From Octopus bimaculoides (Eukaryota), in NCBI RefSeq assembly GCF_001194135.2, contig NC_068985.1, positions 29,791,388 through 29,855,387 on the forward strand: 64,000 bases of DNA, read 5' to 3'. Positions 11,852 to 23,875 of this stretch are shown piece after piece. The position numbers and the translations under genes were made by a program. Numbering within the stretch: position 1 is the first letter of the stretch; every line of letters begins with the position of its first letter. The notes below the pieces were generated by a model that saw nothing but the letters and a program-made list of their open reading frames with translations, was not told where the DNA came from and ran no database searches.

Positions 11852-12857
11852 CTGGAACAGACAGACAGAAATGTGTTTATTGAGGAAGTGGAACAAAATT
11901 ACCAAAAATATAAAATGATAAAGAAATTAAATAATGCTAAACAAAAAACAAACAGGCAAAAAAGTCAATGATGATAATAATAATGATAATATTGCTCCTA
12001 ACCCAAGATAATCCTAATTGAGCAATTCTATGATCAAAAGCATTCCACTCAGGACCATCACATCTTTTAGATGTGACCAGGACTATATTATTGAATGTGT
12101 CCTTCCTCTTTTAAGATGGTGAGGCACAAGAATGCAGAAGTTTGCTATCATTATAAAGATGATAACAATAGCGAGCGGTGCTGCCAAATGATAATGTTCT
12201 AAAAGGAGCAGAAGTATTCAAGAATAGAAGCTAAAAAAGTGCTAAATATGCAAGGTTGAGGCTAACAAAAGAAATATAAAACTATGTTCTTAACATTAAC
12301 TAAATATGTATAACATTAAAATACAAATAACTTTATGAATATTTTCCAAATGTGTATATATTCATTTTAAAACAGCATTATTCTTACATTATAGAAGGCA
12401 GCGAACTAGCAGAATCATTAGAGTGTTGAACAAAATGCATAGCAACATCTCTTCCATCTTTTTATGTTCTGTGCACAAATTTCATTGAGGTCAACTTTGT
12501 CTTTCATCCTTTGGGGTCCATAAAATAAAATTCCAGTCAAAAAATTGCTTTACTCTGTCCCCCTAAAACTGCTGGTCTTGTACCAAAATATGAAACCATT
12601 ATTCTTTCATTATTGGTATGTGAGATTTTAACAAAACAAGGAATGGACCATTCTAGTAATGATATTAGATAGCAAATATGTAAAAAATGGTCTCTTAATT
12701 CAACGTTCTTTTGGAGGTGCAGTGAGAATTGGAAAGGTGGATAATTGCCATCTATAATAAAATTAAGACAACTGGTTTCAAAACTTTGAACTTGTCTAAC
12801 ATTACAGGGAAACAAGAAGAATTATATGGATGCAAACTCAACTTTCTAACATAGGTC

Positions 12858-13360
12858 CAGTCCTTGTTAAGACAATGATGGCCTGTGTACCTCAGTGACT
12901 CTTAGAGCTATGCCAGTAGAGCACAAGTTTTTAGTAGGGGCTCCCAAGCTGGACAGGTCAAAGATTAGAGGCTAGACTAATATGGACCAGCTCTTCCCAG
13001 AAGTAAGAATGGGTTTGCATAAAGCCAAAAACCCTGCATAAATAAAAGTCAAGTTACAGATGTATTGATGACAATTCAAAACCAACAAAACCTAGAAGAG
13101 GAAGGCCTTCCCTCGGGAAAGCATATAATGCAATGCAGCAAAATCCAAAATGAAATCAACATCCAGCAATACATGTCAGGCCCTGACCTGGAAGCCAATG
13201 AGGCAGAAAAGAAGATGTCCTAAAATAGCTGGAGGCAGGCTACTGAGGTAGAGCTGAAAAAGCTGGCACCTAATTGGAAAGAAGCAGAAGAGATAGCCCA
13301 GAGTTGAGGAAAGTAGAGCATAGTCATCAATGGTCTATGCTCCATACAGATTAAGTAAAT
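12858..13360 (+). mobile_element. Internally deleted (bipartite) RTE-type element; second copy at about 32049-32425
   Basis: About 250 nt of 5' sequence shared between copies, joined to a C-terminal remnant (RQALTWKP...CPK.SWRQATEVELKK...NWKEAEEIAQ...NGLCS) typical of RTE ORF ends. Confidence 0.65.
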
Positions 13361-14215
13361 AAACTCTATTTTGGCTTCTCGTTAATAAAGAGTGGGAAGT
13401 GGGGCAACAGATTTCAGTAAATCTAGAGTAAGGCAGGTATTTGTCAGTTAGAGGGCTGCTGCCTTAATTGCACTTCAGAAAAAAATTCTTCTACACCTGT
13501 ATTAGTTTTATAAACTGAAAATGTTACATTAAAGAGAGAAATTAGCATGCTAACTGGACTGCCAGCCAGGTGCTGATTAGGCCACACTTACACAGAAACT
13601 AATTATTTTCAAAACCTTGTTATAAATGTATTTAATTATATTTTAGAAGAATAAAAGAAAAATGCCAAGAGCCAGATTATTAAAACTGGAGCTAAGCATA
13701 TAAAAAAAAAAAGACCTAGATTTAGCAGTATATGAGCTAAGAGCTAAATTGATAATAATTAGTGAGATGATGAGAATTACGCTGGTGATGACAGTGACGG
13801 TGGTGAAAGAAAAGGATGATCATAAACATATATGTACATTGTGGAATCCAAGTGGAATCCCTTCTGGATTCCACAATGGCAAAGAGGAATAATGTTTTGC
13901 ACATTGTACATATGTGTGTGTGTGTTTACCTATGTACATTTGTGGGTGTTTTGTATGCATGTTTTACTTCTTGATATTTATTTATTAGAATTTTTCCTCA
14001 GAGGAAGCAGCTGGTTTCTAACAAAGAAATAAAATGTTCATCCCTAGAATTTGGATAGCAACAACTCTTGTCTTATATTGAACTTTAAGAAAGTGTTGCA
14101 TATTTTTACTATTCTGCTTACACAATGTATTTGTAAAGTGCCTGTTAGCTGATCTTTCACCTTACCTGAAAGGTAAGGTCACATAAGACATTTACTAAAG
14201 AAATTGTTTACTTAC

Positions 14216-14316
14216 TGGCCTTCCATAACACACCAGCCACATGCTGGGTTTCCTTCTTTGATACAGGCATCACAAGTAGTCTTAGAGCTACAGTCAAGGA
14301 AATCTATCATGGCTAC
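14216..14316 (-). CDS. PLXN: Plexin coding exon 4, PSI domain 1 (VAMIDFLDCSSKTTCDACIKEGNPACGWCVMEGQ)
   Basis: Acceptor tttacttgcag|, donor ca|gtaagt; 101 nt, phase 0 to 2; C....C..C.....P.CGWC signature. Confidence 0.94.
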
Positions 14317-14498
14317 CTGCAAGTAAAGAACAGAACAATATTGATCAGTTACACGGAAACACAAAGACAATAGAGTAGTTCAAAATAAAAATTACATGGC
14401 TTTGCCAGTTTGAAGGGCTCTATCTAAGACCTTTTATGGAGATCCTCTGAGATTTGTAAGGTGGAGGCAAAAAAGAAAGATTTTGATAGAAGCCTATC

Positions 14499-14545
<47 letters not shown>

Positions 14546-15713
14546 TATATATGAGAGGACAAATGAAAGAAAAGGGCACTCAATACATTTATTAGGACTT
14601 ACATGTATTATTCAAAACAGTGATTCAGATTCCATGCTACTTCAAGTTTTGCAGGCCCCCAACAGAGCCTGTTTCCTCAGGTCAGTGGAGACAAGGTCTG
14701 TTAGGGGCTTGCAAACTGTTTTGAATAATATATCAAATCAAACTATAGTAATCAAACAAATAATATACCAAATCAAACTGTTATATTTATACTAAATAGT
14801 GACAATTATAATTCTCCTTTTTGGTGAAACCTTACAAACTGCTGTTTATATTAATTATATATAAATATATATGAAATAAGTATATTATAAATTATATATA
14901 TATATCAAAATAAACAACAGGATATCAAGAGGTGATGCAGTACGAGTGTCTCAAGCGGCTTCGTTTAATTGAACAATGCAATCATTACATCAATTTAAAT
15001 GCAAAAATAAATAAATAGAATTTTTAATCAGTTGGACACGTTAATATAATTTTACTCAAATACTCTAATAGAGTAAGAAGATGGAAAGAATCCATGTATA
15101 CATACTGTATACATCCATGTATACTGTATGTATACTGCTGTATACATACATTTGTAAAACCACACCTATACATTCTTACTTGTATGTAATGACATATGCA
15201 TACCCATATCTGTATATTCCAAATATATACCCACACTTGTGTACCCATGTCTGTGTCCTCACAATGGTGTGATACAGATATCTAACCCGAACTTGTGTAA
15301 CTACAATTATGTATTCACACCTGTATTCCTACATTAACAGAAGAGCCAGCTGCACAGAGACATGAATGGTTTACCTTTAACGGAAATCATATTCTCACAT
15401 GCATACACTTAATAACCCATTTTCAGATATACACACATATACACAAATACACTGTAAAAGAAACAGAGGATGAGAGAGAGAGAAAGAGAGAGAGAGAGAA
15501 AATGATATAAAGAGATGGAAGTGAAAGAGGGAAAACATGGTTGGAGTGGGGTGGGGGTGAATGAGAAAGTAGAAATGGGTGTGGGGAAGAGAGAGAGAGA
15601 GAGAGAGAGAGAGCACAATAGAGAAATAGATAGTTAGAGGTTATGTTAATTAATTAATGTTAACGAGACAAACAAAGAACTGAAACAAACAACAATGACA
15701 TCATGGGTCTCAC

Positions 15714-15842
15714 CTTGTCTCGAGTCATCAGGTACAGGTGTCGTCTGTCCTTTGTGAAAACCAAGTTGGAGAGAATTTCTCGATGGTGATCCACCAACAG
15801 TTTCTCAATGATTTCAGAGCTGCTATTGTCCTTCACAATAAC
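15714..15842 (-). CDS. PLXN: Plexin coding exon 3, end of Sema domain (VIVKDNSSSEIIEK...LVFTKDRRHLYLMTRDK)
   Basis: Acceptor cttacacag|, donor aag|gtgaga; 129 nt, phase 0 to 0; D..HLY.MT..K motif. Confidence 0.94.
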
Positions 15843-16228
15843 CTGTGTAAGAGCATATGATATATATTTACGTCCATTCATTCATTTTGTATATACATAT
15901 GTATTGCATATAACAACATTCATTCATTCATCGTTGTTTTTTATACACATTATTCCATACTTGCATCAGTTGGTCAGATCTTCTCCAGCACAATGTCTTG
16001 TCAATTGCTGCAGGACCAAAGACAGAGCCAAAGCTTGTCAACAGCATCTTCATTCAACATCTTGAGATTAGCTGTCACTGCTACTTTCCCTTCCAGATAA
16101 TTTCACCAAACTGCACACACACACATTCACTCTCTCTCTTTCTTATTCACATGCACACACATTCTCTCTCTCATTCACACACACACACATGCACACACAC
16201 ACACACACAAAATGACCATATTACTCAC

Positions 16229-16411
16229 CTTATAGATATAGCCAGTGTTGGTCCCTAAAAACATGAGTGTGTGTTGCCCCACTAACAGAGAAGCAATAGC
16301 AGTGAAGTAGGCCCCAGAATGTTCAAGGACAGGACGTGACATGATGGGTTTTCTGCCATCCAGAGAAGCATGAGGTGTGAAGTTGGTCCCACAGAACTGC
16401 AACGGGTCAGT
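16229..16411 (-). CDS. PLXN: Plexin coding exon 2, Sema domain (TDPLQFCGTNF...HTLMFLGTNTGYIYK)
   Basis: Acceptor gttttccag|, donor aag|gtgagt; 183 nt, phase 0 to 0; FCG and F.GT..G.I.K motifs. Confidence 0.94.
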
Positions 16412-16614
16412 CTGGAAAACAAATGGTAACAATTAAAAGGTTAGCTTCATGGGGAACATGTAGGTGTGCATGTTTGTATAATGAAATGTGTGTGTTCATA
16501 CGTTGGAGTGGGTATATTGACATATATGTGCTTGTGTGTGTTTTGGAGAAAGTTACACACACACACAAAGGAAGGATACAGATAATGTAGTTCTATGTTT
16601 ATCATTATCATTAT

Positions 16615-17060
16615 TGCGAGCTGGCAGAATCGCTAGCATGCTGGGTGAAATACTTAGCGATATTGGCCTGACTTCATGTTTTGAGTTCAAATTCTGCCGA
16701 GGTCAATGTTGCCTTTCATTCTTTCGGAGTTGACAAAATAAGTACCAGTTGAGTACTGAGCTCAGTGTAATCGACTACCCCTCTCCTCAAATTTCAGGCC
16801 TTGTGTCTACAGTAGAGAGGATTATTATTATTATTATGGTAAGGTAGTGAGCTGGTAGAATCATTAGCACACTGGGCAAAATGCTTAGTGGCATTTCGTC
16901 CATCCTCATGTTCTGAATTCAAATGCCACTGGGGTTGACTTTGCTTTTCGCCCTTTTGGGGTTGATGAGATAAGTAACAGTTATGCACTGGGGTCAATGT
17001 AATCAACTAGTTCCATCTCCCAAAATTTCAGGCCTTGTGCTTTTAGTAGAAAGGATTATT
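16615..17060 (+). mobile_element. Two head-to-tail copies of a tRNA-derived SINE with core ctttgcctttcatcctttcggggtcgataaaataagtaccag (Nin/Deu-like). Other copies about 1950-2055(-), 12400-12535(+), 18025-18230(-), 18830-19030(-), 24205-24430(-), 33685-34095(- x2), 41470-41685(-), 44460-44655(-), 51530-51705(+), 52150-52270(+), 61845-62075(+), 62205-62410(-), 62845-62940(-)
   Basis: At least 15 homologous copies; pol III A-box-like (ggcagaatcgttagc) and B-box-like (gagttcaaattc) head; (ATT)n tail. The superfamily label is from recollection of the motif, not from a search. Confidence 0.88.
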
Positions 17061-19034
17061 ATCAAGATGATGTCTGAATGAAAAGATGGGATGATCATTG
17101 AAAGAATCCCTTTTGATTGTAGATCTATTTGCTAGATTGGGACTCACTAACTGTTAAACCACAATAACTAGTTGAAGGCAAGTTAACATTATTACTTGAA
17201 AATACCTTGTGATCTCAAATATAATGTAAACTTTACCCCCATCTATCAATTTTTGTACCTAAGAGTCAGTATTATATCTTATTCACTTATTTCCACCCTG
17301 CTCAAATTTAATGCCACCCAGTTCTGACTCTAATATTTTTGTATTAAAATTTCTCGCATTATATATGAGTCCATTAGTATATCTACCTTAAGAGCTGAAT
17401 AATTATGTTAATATCACGCCTAGTTGTTTGGTTACCTTCCTACATACCATGTGTCTGCTCAATCAGGAATGATTTGGGGCTACTCACAGGCCTTTCTGTG
17501 GTTGCTTTATATGATTTGAGAGAGGCTGAACTGCTACTATCACTATCATTATCACCACCACCAATAAACTATTATAATAAAGGGCTAACAAGAGATTGGT
17601 TTTAAAAAATCTGTCACATTGGGAAAAAGAGAATGGTAAAAGTGTGTGCAAGAGAAATTCATACTAGCATATGCATACATATAGACATTCATACAAACAC
17701 TACTGATGTGCGCACACACACAACAGTTAGTTGTGTATGCGTATGTGAGAGCAGGAAGTATGTGTATATGAACATATACTATTAGTGTTTGTATGTGTGT
17801 GAGAGTATGAGTGTATTTGCCAGCAGCATTTGTTTCAGTCTCTCTCTATTTACTTAACAATTTAATGCATGTGTCTTAGAGCAAATCCTTGTCACAAAGA
17901 CTGAACATCCGTCTGCCCATCCAACTATCTCTATATTTAATAACTGTACTCCTAAATTTCCCTGTAAAATGTGTGTACTCATATATCCTAGATGCAGTTT
18001 TCCGACTATCTATATATTGGTTTTAAATTTTGGCACAAGGCCAGCAATTTTGGGGTTGGGGCTAAGTCAATTACATCGACCTCGGTGCTCAACTGGTTCT
18101 TACTTAATCAACCTTGAAAAGATGAAAGATGAGTCGAACTTGGTGGAATTTGAACTTAAAATGTAAAGATGGATAAAATACCTCTAAGCATTTAACCTGG
18201 TGTGCTGACGATTCTGCCTGCTCATTGCCCTCAACAATTTATATATTAATAACTGTGTTCCTAACTTTCTTAGCAAAAGATGTGTAATAGTATATCCTAT
18301 ACACGGGTGTGACGAATCATATAATATCAAGTAATTCTTGAATATTTTCTTTTACTGAAATGGACTTTGGTGTGTTAGGTGAACAACTATCATAGAACAC
18401 AACAGCAAAAATTGAATTGAGAAAAGTAGGGAAGATACAGGGAAAGATTGATGAAAGGGCAAAGAGAAGAAATAAGAATTAGGAATAAAGAGAGGGGAAC
18501 CAGGAATGATGAAAAGCATTAACTAAGGATGAAAGGAATTAAATTACTGAAAGAAATGGAGTTAGAAGGTGTCATATGAAGCTAACTGGGAAAGAATGAG
18601 AACTATTAATTAAGAAAGGCAAAATATGAATGATAATGAAAAGCAAGAATATTTTGTACAAGCCAGAGTAAGAAAACAGGCTAGAAGAGAATAGACAAGC
18701 TATCCTAGAAATTAATTAAAGGATGACGAAGTAATTGACAGGGTATTATTACCAAGTGAGATGTTTATGGCTGATATTGTACCATAAAATTGGTTGTGGA
18801 ATTTCCATAAGTACTGCTAGCAATAATAAGTCTTTTTAATTTTGGCACAAAACCAGCTATTCTGAGGGGAGGGTAAGTCAATCACAGTGACCCCAATACT
18901 TGACTGGTACTTATTTTATTGACTCCCAAAAGGACGAAAGGCAAAGTTGACCTCGGTGGAATTTGAAGTCAGAATGTAAAGATGAACGAAATGCATTTTG
19001 TTCAGCATGCTAACTGTTCTGCCAGCTTGTGGTC

Positions 19035-19068
<34 letters not shown>

Positions 19069-19081
19069 TGATGATGATGAT

Positions 19082-19645
19082 GGACTCTCCCATCAAAGAC
19101 GGTATAAGAACGTTTATCTTTTGTCAGATGATCTGCATAAATGATTTGTTTATAGAGACCAAATGTATATTAGCTCACTTCCTCCATCAAATTGATGTTG
19201 CCTTGATATAAACGTATCTGTCAAGACCTACCACAAACTGAGCAAGTATAAAGATCTTGAAATAGAAATTGGCAAAATGTGGAACCTCAAGACTAAAACA
19301 AGACCTGTTGTCATGGGTGCTGAAGGAATGATAGCAAAAGGGGCTGGTTACTACCTAGCTCAGATGCCAGGAAACCCCAAAATGGCAGAAGTTCAAAAGA
19401 TAGTGCTCATGGGAACTGCCCATATCCTATGCAAAATACTATCTATGTAATCTCAAATTTTAAAACAAACTCATAATTGTCTTATGCTTTCTTAAACATT
19501 CTCTAGAACAATACTATGTACAAAACCAAACATATGACACCCTAGGCATAACACCAACATGAACTTCAACTTCTAACTTGTCTCTTGAGGTCTCTGGGTG
19601 AGACTTGGAGCCAACTTGTACAAATACAGAGCAAAAGTCAAACAT
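19082..19645 (+). mobile_element. Dong/R4-clade LINE, 5'-truncated 3' end in an (AAT)n tract
   Basis: 19205-19450 translates KLSKYKDLEIEIGKMWNLKTKTRPVVMGAEG...VQKIVLMGTAHILCKILSM*, the restriction-like endonuclease C-terminus of R4/Dong; (AAT)n on both sides. Confidence 0.85.
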
Positions 19646-19662
19646 ATAATAATAATAATAAT

Positions 19663-19693
<31 letters not shown>

Positions 19694-19719
19694 TTAATAT
19701 TAATAATAATAATAATAAT

Positions 19720-19765
<46 letters not shown>

Positions 19766-19942
19766 TTAAGAATAATATTAANNNNNNNNNNNNNNNNNNN
19801 NNNNNNNNNNNNNNNNNNNNNNNNNNNNNNNNNNNNNNNNNNNNNNNNNNNNNNNNNNNNNNNNNNNNNNNNNNNNNNNNNNNNNNNNNNNNNNNNNNNN
19901 NNNNNNNNNNNNNNNNNNNNTAATAATAATAATAATAATAAT

Positions 19943-20003
<61 letters not shown>

Positions 20004-20020
20004 TTAATAATAATAATAAT

Positions 20021-20098
<78 letters not shown>
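19646..20098. repeat. Long (AAT)n microsatellite spanning an assembly gap (N 19782-19920)
   Basis: Direct inspection. Confidence 0.97.
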
Positions 20099-21044
20099 TC
20101 ACTGCTGTCCTTCCAGGCATAGTTTTGATATTACTCTTTGAGGCTAGATTCTAAAGGAAAAAAAGTTTTAACAGCAGGAGAGAATAATTGTTTTTGGATT
20201 ATTTCCATACAGAGAATATTTGAATACTGAGCATCATCCAATACAGAACAAAATGTTCTATTGTTAAACAAATTTTATTTCGTTCTATCTTATTTATATT
20301 TAAACATTTTGCAACAAAATGCATGCACTTTGGAAGTGGGGTAAAAAAAAACTGAAGTTTCTGTAGTGAGAGGATCCTAATGATACATTCTGCAATAACA
20401 ACACAAACACACACAAGTGCATGCACATGCACACACACAAGATCTGTCAAATTATAAGAACTTCAGAGGAAGACCAGTTTTGCCATTTGCAAATGTAACT
20501 TTGAACATGGAACATTTTGATGAAAAAATATTGAATATTGTATGAGATCAGTATGTTATTAGAGATCTTCTTGACAAAGGACCAATAAAACCTCCCATAA
20601 TATGAGAGGTGAGAGACCTTGTGGACTGTGTGATGTACAAAAGCATCCTTTCAGACACACTGTATTACAATTTGCTTTTATTTTTGGATTGTGGCCCATA
20701 ATGATATCATTTTTATAAAGAAATGTTACCAAAGATAGACCACCACAGAAAGTGGAGTCTACCATATGTAGAAATGGTGTATATTGAAGATATTCTACAA
20801 TAGTTGGATTACTGTGGGAATATTGTCACAGCTAATGATACTTACTATGGATACATTACAACAATAAATGGAGTTTAGTAAGTACACTACCCCAAGAGGT
20901 GTGTGGAACTGCTATGAAAATGCTGCTTTAATGAGTAGTGTTCATTATGAATATACAACTACAATAAGCGTAATATGTCACAACTTTTTTTTACATAAGA
21001 GAGGTTTACTGGTCTTTTTTTAGTATCAAACCAATGATATAGAT

Positions 21045-21282
21045 CAGGGGTTTTCAAACTGTGGTCCGCAAATACTTTTTATGGGCAATTTGATTTTATA
21101 TATGTTTTTTAATCGAAATCTTTTAATTGACAATAAACCTATTTGTTAAATACTGTTAAATAAATAAATGTAAAAATATATGTTATTTGAAGCAAATATT
21201 TATGTATACATTTCATAAGCGTTTATAAGGTAAAGCCTGAAATATAAAGGGGTCCGCAAGTCAAAAAGTTTGAAAACCCCTG
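21045..21282. mobile_element. hAT (Buster/Charlie-type) MITE
   Basis: Perfect 16-bp TIR caggggttttcaaact and perfect 8-bp TSD atatagat (21037-21044 and 21283-21290). Confidence 0.95.
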
Positions 21283-22607
21283 ATATAGATGACTACTCTA
21301 TGATCAAAGGCATTCTAGCTGGAACCATCCCATCCATCTCAGATTACATTTTATAATATGTCCTTTTTCACTAAGCTGTTGAAGAAAATTTAGCTGCTAT
21401 TTCTAGCAATTCGAGTGCCCTCATAGAGGCTCCATCATCAGTCTGTCATTATTATTATAAGAACAAGTTATTTGTTGTTAAAAATACAGGAACACAAACA
21501 CAATACCTGGAAATACAGTGGTGATATTACAGCAATAAATGCAATTTACTGTTGGCACAGTACCATAAAAAAGTGCATTTTTATTGTGAGTCTTCATCAA
21601 AATCCATGAGCTTGTGATTATAATAGTAGTAGTCAACATAATTATGGCTGTTGCAGGTGAATTAGCCTCAGGGAGCCTTGCAATATTTAGTTAAGTCTTT
21701 TATATCCTGAGTTCAAATTCTACTCTCAAACCATTTGGTTTCTCTATATTAGAGATCATTATTGCCATTAGAAGGGAAGTGGATAATAGAATTGGTAAAC
21801 CACCAAAATCACCATATTCATCACTACCACTGCTACCGCTTCTGCTGATACTCATGCCACCAACACCATCACCACCACTGTTTCTGCGGCCACTGTGGTA
21901 GGAAGACACTTGCCCAAGGTGCTACACAGTGGGATTGAACCTGAAACCATGTAGTTGTGAAGTGAGCTTCTTAACCACACAGTATCAAGTTATCTCTCTT
22001 TGCACTCTGAGTTTAAATCTTTCTAGGTGCAAATCCTTCCAGAATCATGAAATAAGTAAACACTAATCACATGCAAGAGTAGATTTAATCAGCTTATAGC
22101 CATTCCTTCAAGCTTATGGTCTTGTATTCATGTCAGAAATCATGATTATTCAATTGTTGCTGTTTAGCCCTAGGACATCCTTGATTGAGAAAACCATCTC
22201 CTCATTTTGTATATCAAGGACTCAAGAAGATATTGGTATGATTTCAGGGCAATTTGGCTTCTACTTCTAGCAAGTCAAGTGACTGCACAGAGGCTCTTTC
22301 ATTAACTAATTCATTATATAGCTTATACATACAAGTATAAGCTATATAATGAAATGTAAATGGATACTGGGTCTCATTCCCAAGCTGTCCTATTTTAGAG
22401 ATGCAATGATAAAGAATACTCCAAAATCTCCCACAAAATCTGAAATCCATAACACTTTTGGTACTAGAATTTTGGATAAGGATTCTCAAATGTATTTAGT
22501 TTGAACCCTCTAGGTACAGAATTCAAATTCAGCTAGGAGCTGACCTTACCATTCATTCCTACAGGAGTCAATAAAATAGACACAAGGTTTATATATTTAA
22601 CCATTTA

Positions 22608-23875
22608 TTGGGTTGGCGACTAAGTTCCCGCTGTTTTTTTAAATTTTGGAATCTATTTTTTTCAAGAATATTAGTTTTGAATCATTTTGGAATCTATTTT
22701 GTTTTGTTTTTTTCTAGTTAATTTTAGTTTATTTTCAGATCATTAAAATGGAATGTCAAGTTAAAAAAAAAACGAGCATTTTCGACACCTCCTTCGTTTT
22801 GCTTTTAATCAAGGTTCTAAGGCCACAAAAGCTGCTCACGACATTTGTGCTGTGTATGGAGAGGGTGCCATAGCTGAAAGAACTGCTCGTAATTGGTATG
22901 CCAAGTTCAAAAATGGAAATTTTGACCTCAAAGATGCACCTCGTTCTGGCTGTCCAGTTGAGTTCAATGAAGAGCGATTAAACCAACTTTTGCACGAAAA
23001 TTCTCGTCAAACGACAAGGGAACTGGCAGAGAAAATGGAATGCTCCCACACTGCTATAGAGCAGCATCTTCATTCGATGGGAAAGGTTCAGAAGTATGGA
23101 GCATGGGTTCTGCATGTTTTAAGTAACAACAACAAAAATCAACGAGCCACAATCTCTGCTGGTTTGCTTGCTCGTCACCGCTCAATTCATGGATACAAGC
23201 AACGATTTCTTTACCGAATCGTTACTGGTGCCGAAAAATGGTACCTGTACATCAATATGAAGCAACATAAGGAATGGCTTAGCCCTGGTAAACAAGCAAC
23301 ACCGCGCGTGAAACAAGATCTTCATCTGTGTAAAACGATGTTGTGAGTATGGTGGGACTGAGAAAGGATTATCCACTGTGAATTGCTTGAACAGAACCAA
23401 ACGGTCAACGCGGAACTTAATGTTCAACAGATGGAACGACTCAACACGGCTATTCAAGAGAAAAGACCTAATCGGCAGCATGGAGTTCTTCTGCTGCACA
23501 ACAATACCTGCCCTCATATTGCCAATATGACCAAGGAAGCTATTCAAACACATGGCTAGGAAGTGCTGCTACACCCGCTGTACTCTCCTGATTTGACACC
23601 AACGGATTTCCACCTCTTTCGATCTCTTTCAAATGCTATGTGTGGAGTTTCGTTCAATACTGATGCAGAATTGAGAGCTTGGTTGGATCAATTTTGCGAG
23701 TTGAAATCGGGTGATTTCTACCAGTGAGGTATTGAAAATCTTGTTGAACGTTCAGAAGAAGTTGTAAACAACAAGGGTGAATACATTATTGATTAATTAG
23801 TTGTTATTTTTTATTAAATCTTTTAAAAAATTGAAATTAAAAAAAAAACCGGCAGGAACTTAGTTGCCAACCCAA
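22608..23875 (+). mobile_element. Near full-length mariner (cecropia/Hsmar1-like) with inactivated transposase at about 22748-23796
   Basis: TIRs ttgggttggcgactaagttcccgc and its near-complement, TA on both sides; HTH region, GAWV.H.L, VTG(A)EKW and YSPDLTPTDFHLFRSL motifs; frameshift in an A10 run near the start plus several stops. Confidence 0.96.
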
